64,000 nt of DNA from Actinomycetota bacterium (GTDB lineage: Bacteria; Actinomycetota; Acidimicrobiia; IMCC26256; PALSA-555): the NCBI GenBank assembly GCA_016870355.1, contig VGBR01000002.1, forward strand, positions 90,982 through 154,981. Direction: 5' to 3'. Within the stretch, counting starts at the first letter, position 1. Every line of letters begins with the position of its first letter. The notes under the pieces are model-generated. The model had not been told where the DNA came from. It did not search any database and saw only the letters and a list, made by a program, of their open reading frames with translations. Shown here piece after piece: positions 28,001-35,932 of this stretch. The position numbers and the translations under genes are program-made.

Positions 28001-28129
28001 ACCTGGTGGTCGTGGGGGCGCCGAAAGGCCGGCAAGACGCGCGTGCGGGTTCTTCGTGAGGAGCCGCGCCCACGGCGCCAGCCGGTCGACGATCTCGAGT
28101 TCGATGACGACTTCTGGGAGACCAGGTGA
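25004..28129 (+). CDS. Family 2 glycosyltransferase fused to a large polytopic membrane domain
   Basis: ATG 25004 (MTPTEPNTSEETVPPVVVVVVTRNPGPFLEPAL...). The GT-A region shows VLVVDAGSGHD and GSEDLDLCWR. It is followed by many hydrophobic helices and a C-terminal non-membrane region. Total length is 1041 aa. Confidence 0.8.
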   Translation: MTPTEPNTSEETVPPVVVVVVTRNPGPFLEPALACLGAQDYPAVSVLVVDAGSGHDPTARVGAALPSAFVRRVTGDPGFGGAANEGLAAVQGATFYLVCHDDVMLDPSAVRVMVEEAYRSNAAIVGPKLVDVDNPEVILEVGRAIDSLGASHTGIDPGEIDQEQHDAVRDVFYVSSAAMLVRADLLDELGGFDPDTFPGSEDLDLCWRARLAGARVMVAPDARGRHGEAAGARAPGDEASRRELARTRVRVVLTCYSASTLLRVVPVAVAVAFFEAMAFALTSRRAGAFAEFGAWVWNLLHFGRLRSARRRAQAIRTVRDQELRELQVGASTRAGAFLSQRHADERMHSLGARGRVALDSLTEFLRHPAAIALVAFFVLLIVGSRNIFSNGVPQVGTLVPWPDIGDLGGELASSWRHTGLGSDDVAPSVLALMAGLGTVLFGATGLAHTLVVVGAFAIGAYGVYRMTRALDGGIGGAGIAALAYGVSAVPRNAVANGRLGPLVLYALAPFVALLVLRAGRFPDLAPARRPLVGLAIGTAILAAWYPPAALFGLVVGLAMCAGSAVTRDGMSALRSLGAAAAGLLGGALLLMPWTTTLLGARNDTGALGATLRPDLSITEVLRFESGPNGAGVGGWGLLVAAAVGLVIADGRRLAWVTRAWVLAIVGYAIVVLPEVVAPESTTIAPEAGLAVAALGIALAAGLAISAFGERLGASGVGVTHLAGVAASLGIVVGAFGFVGDVPDGSWRAPDSWAPVVSFTEDAIDEGEFRILWLGDAALLPLDPFEVDATLSWSMTRNGAGDARELLRAPETATDRIIARALRSLRAGQTSRLGRMLAPSGVRYLALARRNGIEGERGKDPPGVATALGNQLDLARLGSEPGLVLFENLSWAPIQTVLPDEEVPVGDVDPLVSAVPVDLSKAKPVREGREARAGTLLLAEAFDDGWSASVGDEPLPHGRAFGATNAFTHPVDGAVWFQYSGGSRRGGVLLFQAALWIAAVTWWSWGRRKAGKTRVRVLREEPRPRRQPVDDLEFDDDFWETR

Positions 28130-29568
28130 ACCGCCGCGCCGCGTCCGTCGCGAATAGGGTGCCAGCGCTCGTGCTCATCGGCGCGCTCGTCGCGGGACTT
28201 GTGGTCGGCCAGCGCGGGGAGGCGCGGCCTCGGCCCAACATCCCGACCCTCGCCTTCGCGGTCGACGGTCCGACCGTGCCGTCCGAGGGCGCGGTGTCGG
28301 TCGTGTGGTTCTGCTCCGAGGGCAGCTCGACCACGGCTGGCCGGCTGCTCGAGACCATCCTGATCGCAAACCTCGAACGCGAGGCGATCGACGTGACGGT
28401 GACCGTGATGCGCGGCTCCGATCACAGCTTCGCGGTCGAACGTCGTGAAATCGCACCGCTGACGCAAGCCCGCATCCCCGTTGCCGATCTGGCCGAGGTC
28501 GATGAGCCGGGTGTGGTGGTCGAGGTGCTCGGTGGGCGGGCGATCGTGGAGCACGAGCTCCGGTCGGCGGACGAGATCGCGGTCGGCCCATGCTCACGTA
28601 CGGCGTCACGCACGTGGTACTTCGCCGGCGGCACGACCGTGTTGGGCGCCGAGGAGTGGCTCACCCTCTTCAACCCGTTCGGCGAGGACGCGATCCTCGA
28701 CGTGTCGTTCATCACCGCAGCCGGCCTGAAGCGTCCCGGGGCCACGGAGTCGTTCGCGGTGCCACGCCGCACGCGAGTGTCGCTGCCACTCCACGAGCAG
28801 CTGCTGCGCGAAGAGGAGCTCGCGATCGCTGTCGAGGCGAGGATCGGGCGCGTCGTCGCCGAGCGGACGTTGCGCTTCAACGGCAGCGACACGCGGCTGG
28901 GGACGGCGGTGTCGCTCGGAGTCACCGGCGCGGCATCACGGTGGTACATCCCGTTCGGTGACGGGCAGGCCGGTGCCGCGCAGACGCTGAACATCGCCAA
29001 CTTCGGAAAGCAGAACGCACGGGTGGAGCTGCAGATCCAGCTGGTGGGATCAGGTCCGCTCACGCCTGAGACCATCGATGTCGCAGGCCAGAGCGTTCAA
29101 CGGGTGGAGCTGGCCCAGCGCGTCCCGCTCGGCATCCCGTACGCGATCGACGTCCGAGTCGTCGAAGGCCCCGACGTCGTTGTCGAGGCGCTCGGCTCCT
29201 GGGCAGCGCCCGCGCCCGTGCCTGGCGTCGCCAGCACCCACGGATCCGTCACCGTTGCCCGGCGTTGGGCGTTCGCGACCGGCCGCCTCGCAGACAGCGC
29301 CGAAGCGGTCATCACCGCGGTCAACGTCTCCGATCGTCCGTTGACCGTTCAGCTCTACGCGTACACCGGCGGCGATCTGGACAGCCCGCGCAGCGCGCCG
29401 GCTCGTGCCATCGCGCCGGGCGAGCAGGCAGAGTTCCGACTGAGCGAGATCAACGTGCGCGCCGATCAGGTGATCGTCATCGAAGCGGACGGGCCGATCG
29501 TCGTTGGCCGCGTGATCTTCGGCGCCGGGGTCTCAATGTCCGCGGGCATCCCCGAGCCACAGGCCTGA
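28126..29568 (+). CDS. Membrane-anchored exported protein of unknown function (DUF5719-like, by recollection of the usual partner of such GT2 fusions)
   Basis: GTG 28126 overlaps the upstream TGA (GTGA). The N-terminal anchor is VPALVLIGALVAGLVVG, followed by a beta-rich repetitive body. The family assignment comes from memory and has not been checked. Confidence 0.55.
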   Translation: MNRRAASVANRVPALVLIGALVAGLVVGQRGEARPRPNIPTLAFAVDGPTVPSEGAVSVVWFCSEGSSTTAGRLLETILIANLEREAIDVTVTVMRGSDHSFAVERREIAPLTQARIPVADLAEVDEPGVVVEVLGGRAIVEHELRSADEIAVGPCSRTASRTWYFAGGTTVLGAEEWLTLFNPFGEDAILDVSFITAAGLKRPGATESFAVPRRTRVSLPLHEQLLREEELAIAVEARIGRVVAERTLRFNGSDTRLGTAVSLGVTGAASRWYIPFGDGQAGAAQTLNIANFGKQNARVELQIQLVGSGPLTPETIDVAGQSVQRVELAQRVPLGIPYAIDVRVVEGPDVVVEALGSWAAPAPVPGVASTHGSVTVARRWAFATGRLADSAEAVITAVNVSDRPLTVQLYAYTGGDLDSPRSAPARAIAPGEQAEFRLSEINVRADQVIVIEADGPIVVGRVIFGAGVSMSAGIPEPQA

Positions 29569-29571
29569 CCG

Positions 29572-30033
29572 ATGGCGGTGCGCCTCGGAGTCGCGGCAGC
29601 CGTCCTCGCGATTGCCTTCCTCGTCGCGTGGCGCATCCGCAGACAACGTCCGCAGGCGACACCATCGCCGGCGATGACAGTCCCGCGACAGCTCCACCGG
29701 GCTGACTTCAACCGCGCCGACGCACCGTGGCTCGTCGCGTACTTCTCTTCCGTCGTCTGCGGTGCGTGCAAGAACCTCGGACCAAAGGTGGAAGTGCTCG
29801 CGTGCGCCGAGGTCGCAACCCACGAGTCGTCCTACGAGACCGACCGCGACACCCACGAGCGCTATTCGATCAACGCCCTGCCAATGGTTCTCATCGCCGA
29901 TAGAGAAGGCGTCGTCCGACGCGCGTTCGTAGGCGCAACCACTGCCACCGACCTATGGGCAGCAGTCGCCGAGGTCAGAGAACCAGGAACAAGCCCCGAA
30001 CCGACGCTCGGGAGCGTCGACGAGAGCTGCTAG
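29572..30033 (+). CDS. Membrane-anchored thioredoxin-fold protein (CxxC)
   Basis: N-terminal TM helix (AAAVLAIAFLVAW), then WLVAYFSSVVCGACKNLGP with a CGAC motif, and a later ALPMVLIAD (cis-Pro loop-like) segment. Confidence 0.6.
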   Translation: MAVRLGVAAAVLAIAFLVAWRIRRQRPQATPSPAMTVPRQLHRADFNRADAPWLVAYFSSVVCGACKNLGPKVEVLACAEVATHESSYETDRDTHERYSINALPMVLIADREGVVRRAFVGATTATDLWAAVAEVREPGTSPEPTLGSVDESC

Positions 30034-32072
30034 CGGGCGCGGGCGCGGCGCGTGGTGGGCGCGGCTTTGGGTGCGCGCTCCTTCTTGGCTCCGTTGTCGG
30101 TCGGCGGTTTCACCTCGACCACGGTGCCGTCGGCGCGCTTCACCTTGCGGAAGCCGCCAACTTTGCGCCCCATCGCCTCGTCGACGAGTCGGGCCACATC
30201 CGCGCCGTCGAGCGTCTCCTTCTCGAGCAACGCGCGAGCGACTGCGTCGAGACCGCGGCGGTGGAGTCGGAGCACGCGTCGCGCCCGCGTCTCTTCGTCA
30301 CGCAGGATGCGCTCCACTTCTTCGTCGATGACACGAGCGGTCTCGTCGGAGTAGTCGCGGGTGTGCACCAGATCCTCGCCGAGGAAGATCGGTCCCTGAG
30401 ATCCCCACGCCATCGGCCCGATGCGCTCGGACATGCCCCACTCGCGCACCATCTTGCGCGCCATCTCGGTGATGCGGACCAGGTCGTTCTGCGCACCCGT
30501 GGAGAGGTGACCGAACACGACCTCTTCAGCGATGCGTCCGCCGAGCGCGACCGCGATGGAGTCGGCGATGTACTCGCGCTTGTAGATGTGCTTCTCCTCT
30601 TCCGGCAGCTGCTGGGTGACACCCAGTGCCATGCCGGTGGGGAGGATCGTGACCTTGTGCACCGGATCGGAGTGGTCGAGCACGTAGGCGAGCACCGCGT
30701 GCCCACCCTCGTGGTACGCGATGACCTCTTTCTCTTCCTCGCTGATGGCCATCGACTCACGCTTGAGACCCATGAGCACGCGGTCGCGAGCCGCTTCGAA
30801 GTCTTCGGCTTCCACCTGCTTCGATCCGCGCCGCACGGCGAAGAGTGCGGCTTCGTTCACGAGGTTGGCGAGGTCGGCGCCGGCCATGCCCGGTGTGCCG
30901 CGTGCGATCACTGACGCGTCGACGTTGTCGCCGATCTTCTTGTCGCGCATGTGTACGGCGAGGATGTCGACGCGCTCTTCCTGGGTCGGCAACGGCACGA
31001 CCACCTGCCGGTCGAAGCGCCCAGGTCGAAGCAGCGCGGAGTCGAGCACGTCGGGTCGGTTCGTTGCGGCCATCATCACGATGCCTTCGGTCGCCTCGAA
31101 GCCGTCCATCTCGGCGAGCATCTGGTTGAGCGTCTGCTCGCGCTCGTCGTGACCACCGCCAAGACCTGCTCCGCGCTTGCGGCCGATGGAGTCGATCTCG
31201 TCGACGAAGATGATCGCTGGCGCCTGCTTGCGCGCGGTTTGGAATAGGTCGCGCACGCGGGCCGCGCCGACACCGACGAACATCTCCATGAAGTCCGAAC
31301 CCGTCACCGATACGAACGGCACGCCGGCTTCGCCCGCGACCGCACGCGCGATGAGCGTCTTCCCCGTGCCAGGGGGCCCGACGAGCAGCACGCCCTTGGG
31401 GATGCGCGCGCCGATCTGCTTGAACTTGCCCGGGTACTTGAGGAAGTCGACGACTTCGGCGATCTCCGCCTTCACGGGGCCATAGCCAGCCACGTCCTCG
31501 AACGTCGTCTTGGGCTTCTCGGTGTTGTACACCTTCGCCCGGCTGCGCCCGATGTTCATGACCGCGCCCATCTGGCCGGCCTGGCGTCGACTGAACCACA
31601 CGAACACCCCGATGATCAGGATGATCGGCAGGAGCAGCCACAGCAGGTCGAGGAAGGGGTTCGAGCCAGGCGTCGTGTACTCGAGATCGACGTTCTGCTC
31701 CTCGAGCTCGTCGATCACCTGCGTGGGGAGGTCCTCTGCAGGACCCTTGCTCGTGAACTCCTTCGAGCCGTTCTGGTCGGTCGTGAACAAGCCGTTGATG
31801 TCACCGGTGGTGGTGTCGAACTCCACGCTGCGCACGTGGCCGGCCGCGACCTCCTTGCGGAACTTCGTGAAGGTCAGGTCGCTCGCGCCGGTGGCGTCGG
31901 CCGAGAACACGTTCGTGAGCGCGAAGACGCCCACGAGCATGAGGATGAGGATCCACGGGAGCGTGCGGGCCCACGGCGGCGCCGCCGGCGGTGTGCCGCG
32001 ATCACCGCCTCGGCGATCGGGTCCGCCCGCGGGCCGTCGGCCCTGCGGCATCTCGTTGGGGGGGCGGCTCAT
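30030..32072 (-). CDS. ftsH: ATP-dependent zinc metalloprotease FtsH
   Basis: [16 protein letters not shown], the second region of homology, and HEGGHAV zinc motif. ATG 32072 is preceded by GGAAAGG. The track ORF extends further upstream without support. Confidence 0.95.
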   Translation of the reverse strand: MSRPPNEMPQGRRPAGGPDRRGGDRGTPPAAPPWARTLPWILILMLVGVFALTNVFSADATGASDLTFTKFRKEVAAGHVRSVEFDTTTGDINGLFTTDQNGSKEFTSKGPAEDLPTQVIDELEEQNVDLEYTTPGSNPFLDLLWLLLPIILIIGVFVWFSRRQAGQMGAVMNIGRSRAKVYNTEKPKTTFEDVAGYGPVKAEIAEVVDFLKYPGKFKQIGARIPKGVLLVGPPGTGKTLIARAVAGEAGVPFVSVTGSDFMEMFVGVGAARVRDLFQTARKQAPAIIFVDEIDSIGRKRGAGLGGGHDEREQTLNQMLAEMDGFEATEGIVMMAATNRPDVLDSALLRPGRFDRQVVVPLPTQEERVDILAVHMRDKKIGDNVDASVIARGTPGMAGADLANLVNEAALFAVRRGSKQVEAEDFEAARDRVLMGLKRESMAISEEEKEVIAYHEGGHAVLAYVLDHSDPVHKVTILPTGMALGVTQQLPEEEKHIYKREYIADSIAVALGGRIAEEVVFGHLSTGAQNDLVRITEMARKMVREWGMSERIGPMAWGSQGPIFLGEDLVHTRDYSDETARVIDEEVERILRDEETRARRVLRLHRRGLDAVARALLEKETLDGADVARLVDEAMGRKVGGFRKVKRADGTVVEVKPPTDNGAKKERAPKAAPTTRRARAR

Positions 32073-32203
32073 CGGGACCTTTCCTGCGGGACCGCGAGCT
32101 CGCCGTCCCGGGACCTCCATCGTACGGCGCCGTTCAGGGGTTCGCGACCTCGGAGGCCAGAGAGTTCCGCGTGGTGACAGGGGCGCGCCGGTACCGTGCA
32201 GCA

Positions 32204-32932
32204 ATGGATGGCGGCGCACCTTCGGCGCCGAGCACCTCACCACTGCGGTGGGGGATCCCGGACGCGGCACTCGCGTGGTTCGTCTCGATGGTTGCTGCGG
32301 CGCTGGCGCTCGCGCCCTTCTACGACACCGTCGCCAAGGAGATCCCCCAGTCCGACGAGGCGATCGCGACCTTCGTCGGTCTGGTGCTCCAGACGGCCGC
32401 CGCCGTCGGAGCCTTGGTGTTCGTGGCGCGCTCGAAGGGGCTGGGGAGCCCGGCCCGGGACTTCGGGTTGCGGCTGGGACTCACGGACATCGCATGGGTC
32501 CCGGCGGGCTTGGTCCTCGGCGGCGTGGCGACCGCGCTGCTCGCCCCGATCATCGAGCTGGGCGACATCGATCAGGAGTCCCAGGACGTCCGGCGCATCT
32601 TCAATGACGCCACCAATCTCGACCTCGCGCTGCTGATCGTTGGTGTCCTGGTCATCGCCCCTGTGGGTGAGGAGCTGCTCTTCCGGGGGGCACTGCTCCG
32701 GGGGCTCGTCCGCCGAGTCCCCGTGTGGCCCGCGATCTTCATCTCGGCCATGGCCTTCGCCCTCATCCACGTCGTGCTCGACGTGGGGACGGGCTTCGGC
32801 GTTCCCGCACTCCTCCTCCTGGGCCTGGTCTCTGGCTGGCGGGCCATCCAGACCCTGCGCCTGGGCCAGTCCATCGCCCTCCACTGCGGCTTCAACCTCC
32901 TGGTGGTGCTCGCTGAGCTGAGCGGGGTCTAG
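32204..32932 (+). CDS. CPBP family intramembrane glutamic endopeptidase (CAAX protease/Abi-like)
   Basis: APVGEELLFRGALL (the EExxxR motif), FISAMAFALIHV (FxxxH), and multiple TM helices. The start is ATG 32204. Confidence 0.8.
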   Translation: MDGGAPSAPSTSPLRWGIPDAALAWFVSMVAAALALAPFYDTVAKEIPQSDEAIATFVGLVLQTAAAVGALVFVARSKGLGSPARDFGLRLGLTDIAWVPAGLVLGGVATALLAPIIELGDIDQESQDVRRIFNDATNLDLALLIVGVLVIAPVGEELLFRGALLRGLVRRVPVWPAIFISAMAFALIHVVLDVGTGFGVPALLLLGLVSGWRAIQTLRLGQSIALHCGFNLLVVLAELSGV

Positions 32933-33016
32933 CCGCCCACAGAAAAATCGTCGGTCGGCTCAAGTTTCTGGCCCGACGGGGCCGATAGCTGCTGCAAGGC
33001 GACTGGGAGGTCGGAA

Positions 33017-33181
33017 ATGCACTGTTCTGCGTGCGCCAAGGGCGCCCTCATCGAGATCCGCATGCATGTGGGCGGGTCGCCGCTCACGTTCCGTCGGTGC
33101 GGCCGTTGCGAGGCTCAGACGTGGGAGTCCCCCGACGGTCACATCCCCCTCACCCGCGTGCTGGAGCTCGCTGCCAAGTGA
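33017..33181 (+). CDS. 54-aa zinc-ribbon protein (CxxC-21-CxxC), not in the ORF track
   Basis: GGGAGG lies 6 nt upstream of ATG 33017. The product is MHCSACAKGALIEIRMHVGGSPLTFRRCGRCEAQTWESPDGHIPLTRVLELAAK. About 85 percent of third positions are G/C by my count, matching neighbouring genes. A hairpin follows the stop codon. Confidence 0.5.
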   Translation: MHCSACAKGALIEIRMHVGGSPLTFRRCGRCEAQTWESPDGHIPLTRVLELAAK

Positions 33182-33196
33182 CGGGGAGGGCAGTGA

Positions 33197-33232
33197 CACG
33201 GGGAGGGTAGGCCCTCCCCGTGAGCCCCTCCC
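33197..33232 (+). repeat. CACGGGGAGGG-TAGG-CCCTCCCCGTG hairpin plus AGCCCCTCCC tail (copy A of a two-copy family; possible terminator)
   Basis: 11-bp perfect stem, read directly from the sequence, lying 16 nt after the stop of the small ORF. It is about 85 percent identical to 48152-48188. Confidence 0.55.
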
Positions 33233-33325
33233 AAGCGCGGCTCATCCGACCGATCTGAGGTCGATGGGCGGCGAAGCCACCCATCGGCGAACACCTGGCT
33301 TCAGGATCGGCAAGGGCCGTGACCC

Positions 33326-35932
33326 TTGGATCCGGCGTCGGTCCTGGCAGGCTTGGCGACTGTGACCACGGTCGTCGAGGAACGCGAGACGACCGAAGCA
33401 CCGCCGCCGCCGGTTGGCGGGGGACCGCCGTCGCGGCCGCTCGGCGTGTGGCTGGACCGTCTCGACGACTGGGCCGGTCTGCTCGTCCTGGCCGCGTGCT
33501 GCGCGTTCGTCTTCGTGCAGCTCGAGCCGGGCCTGCTCTTGCGCAACAGCACGCCCGCGGGTGGCGACACCGCCGCGCACGTGTGGTGGCCCGCGTATCT
33601 GCGCGACCACTTGCTGCCGTGGCGGCTGGCGGGATGGAGCCCCGACTTCTACGGGGGCTTCCCGGCTGGGCAGTTCTACTTCCCGTTCCCGGCGTTGCTC
33701 ATCGTCATCCTCGACCTCGTCCTTCCTTACAACGTCGCGTTCAAGCTCGTCACTGCGCTTGGTCCGGTGGCCTTGCCGGCTGGCGCGTACATGCTCGGAC
33801 GAGGCCTGCGCGCTCCCTTCCCGGCGCCGGCTGCGTTCGCGGTCGCAATGACGTCGTGGCTCTTCTTCGTCGGCGATCCGATCGACGGGACGATCGCGTT
33901 CAACCAACGCATCGCCGGCGGCATGCTCGCGAGCAACCTCGCTGGCGAGTTCTCGTTCACGATCGCGCTTGCCGCCGCGCTCGCTTTCATGGGCGCGTTC
34001 GCGCATTCCTTGCGCACCGGCCGCACCATGTGGGTGCCTGCGTTGTTGTTGGCCGCATGCGTGACGAGCCACATCGTCGTGGCGATCTTCGCTGCGGTCG
34101 GCGCGGCGGCGGTGTGGCTGGTGAGTCGACCGTGGCACCAGCTGCGGCGCGCGTTCGTGATCGGGGCGGTGGGCTCGCTCTTGACCACCATCTGGGTGCT
34201 GCCGCTGGTCACCAACCTCGAGTACACGACCGACATGCGCTATGACGCGATCGCATGCAATGAGGTCCGCAAGAACCCCGGGGATCAGACGTGCTCGGAT
34301 CGCAAGGACCTGGACCCGCAGGCCTACCTCTTCCCGAAGTACCTCACCGGGGTCGACGACAACGCCACGTGGTACGAGCCTTGGAAGTGGGTGAGCGGTT
34401 CCTGGCCGTGGCAGTGGGGCGCGTTCTCGCTCACCTTGATCGCGGTGATCGGCGCGATCGTCCGCCGCGGCAAGCAGGCAGAGGTTCTCGGCGTCTTGAT
34501 GTTCGTCGCGCTCACGAGCGCGGTGCTGTTCCGATTCTGGGAGGACGTCCAGGACACGACCGTGTGGAACCTCCGGCTCGTCCCGTTCTGGTACGTGACC
34601 GTCTACCTCCTCATGGCGCTCGGCGTGACGGAGATCATTCGCGGCGTCGGCTGGGCTGCGCGGTGGATCGCGGCCGAGGCGGGAACGATGAACCCCCCCG
34701 ACCTGATCCGGACGATCACCGTCGCGGCACTCACGCCGATCATCGCCATCGCGATCCTGATCGATGTGAACAACGGGAAGCAGCAGAGCTTCCTCCCCGG
34801 ATGGATCGCGTGGAACTACCTTGGATACGAGGACACGACGGGCGGGGCGAACGCCGCCGGCGAGGACCCCGAGACCATTCCGAAGGCGTACCCGGAGTAC
34901 CGCGCGCTCGTGAACACCGTCGACGAGCTCCCGCCTGGTCGCCTCACATGGGAGGGCAACTCGCAGCTCAACGAGTACGGCTCGCCGCTCGCGCTCATGC
35001 TCTTGCCGTACTGGACCGAGGGACGCATCGCGTCCATGGAAGGCGTGTACTACGAGGCCTCGGCCAGCACGCCGTACCACTTCATGACGGTTGCGACCTT
35101 GGCTGCTCCCGGCAACGCGTCGAACGCGGTGCGCGGCGTTCCGTATCGCGACTCGACACAGTTCCCGTTGGGTGTCCGGTGGCTCCAGCTGCTGGGGGTG
35201 AAGTACTTCGCCGCGCACTCATCCGAGTCGAAGGCTGCGGCTGATGCCGATGACCGGCTCACATTGGTCGCGACATCACCCGACACCGACGACAAGCCCC
35301 CGCTCGGCTGGAGCATCTACCGCGTCGCGGATGCTCCTCTCGTTGAAGCGCTCGAGTACCAACCAGTCGTCGTCACCGACGCCACCGAACGCGAGAAGCG
35401 CGCCTGCGATCAGCGGGTCAAGGAGCTGATCGGCGGCAACCCAACCAACTTCGACCACCACGAATGGCAAGACTGCATTGCAGTGCCGTGGTTCAACGCT
35501 CCGAACGCGCTCGACCGCCCACTCGTCGACGACGGACCCAGGGCGTGGCAACGGGCGCGACCGACGGAGGCGCGGTCACGGGCCAAGCGGGAGCTCCCAA
35601 ACGTGAACGTGACCAACATCACGTCCACCGACGACTCGGTGAGCTTTCGAGTCGACCGCGTCGGGGTACCTGTGTACGTGAAGGTGTCGTACTTCCCGAA
35701 CTGGAAGGTTGACGGCGCGCGCGGCCCGTACCGCGCCACGCCGAACTACATGGTGGTCGTACCCACAGAACGCGAAGTGACGTTGAGCTACGCGACCACC
35801 GGTACCGAGTGGCTGGGTCGATTGGGAACCGTCGCCGGCGTCGCGGGCCTCTCCGTGCTGATGTTCGGCCCCTGGTGGCGTCGTCGCCCCGAGACGCCGA
35901 CCGATGGAGTGACAGGATCGCCGCCAGCATGA
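33326..35932 (+). CDS. Large polytopic membrane protein with C-terminal extracytoplasmic domain; candidate GT-C/YfhO-like glycosyltransferase
   Basis: 868 aa. The first approximately 520 aa contain many TM helices, and the first predicted loop has PAGGDTAAHVWWP. Its stop overlaps the manB ATG (ATGA). The start (TTG 33326 or a downstream GTG) is uncertain, and the functional call is inference. Confidence 0.65.
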   Translation: MDPASVLAGLATVTTVVEERETTEAPPPPVGGGPPSRPLGVWLDRLDDWAGLLVLAACCAFVFVQLEPGLLLRNSTPAGGDTAAHVWWPAYLRDHLLPWRLAGWSPDFYGGFPAGQFYFPFPALLIVILDLVLPYNVAFKLVTALGPVALPAGAYMLGRGLRAPFPAPAAFAVAMTSWLFFVGDPIDGTIAFNQRIAGGMLASNLAGEFSFTIALAAALAFMGAFAHSLRTGRTMWVPALLLAACVTSHIVVAIFAAVGAAAVWLVSRPWHQLRRAFVIGAVGSLLTTIWVLPLVTNLEYTTDMRYDAIACNEVRKNPGDQTCSDRKDLDPQAYLFPKYLTGVDDNATWYEPWKWVSGSWPWQWGAFSLTLIAVIGAIVRRGKQAEVLGVLMFVALTSAVLFRFWEDVQDTTVWNLRLVPFWYVTVYLLMALGVTEIIRGVGWAARWIAAEAGTMNPPDLIRTITVAALTPIIAIAILIDVNNGKQQSFLPGWIAWNYLGYEDTTGGANAAGEDPETIPKAYPEYRALVNTVDELPPGRLTWEGNSQLNEYGSPLALMLLPYWTEGRIASMEGVYYEASASTPYHFMTVATLAAPGNASNAVRGVPYRDSTQFPLGVRWLQLLGVKYFAAHSSESKAAADADDRLTLVATSPDTDDKPPLGWSIYRVADAPLVEALEYQPVVVTDATEREKRACDQRVKELIGGNPTNFDHHEWQDCIAVPWFNAPNALDRPLVDDGPRAWQRARPTEARSRAKRELPNVNVTNITSTDDSVSFRVDRVGVPVYVKVSYFPNWKVDGARGPYRATPNYMVVVPTEREVTLSYATTGTEWLGRLGTVAGVAGLSVLMFGPWWRRRPETPTDGVTGSPPA

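Noticed and set aside
33242-35218. Long antisense or alternative-frame ORFs: 33242..35218 (-), 35788..37311 (-), 42465..43994 (-), 44097..45299 (-), 20653..21954 (-), 4903..6201 (-), 1864..3384 (-), 26018..27163 (-), 60784..62127 (-), 62003..63397 (-), 22512..24128 (+), 50211..51866 (+)
   Set aside because: All lie opposite or out of frame to genes with clear family motifs. Their translations are Arg/Pro/Gly/His-rich low-complexity strings typical of shadow ORFs in high-GC DNA, and none shows a recognisable motif.
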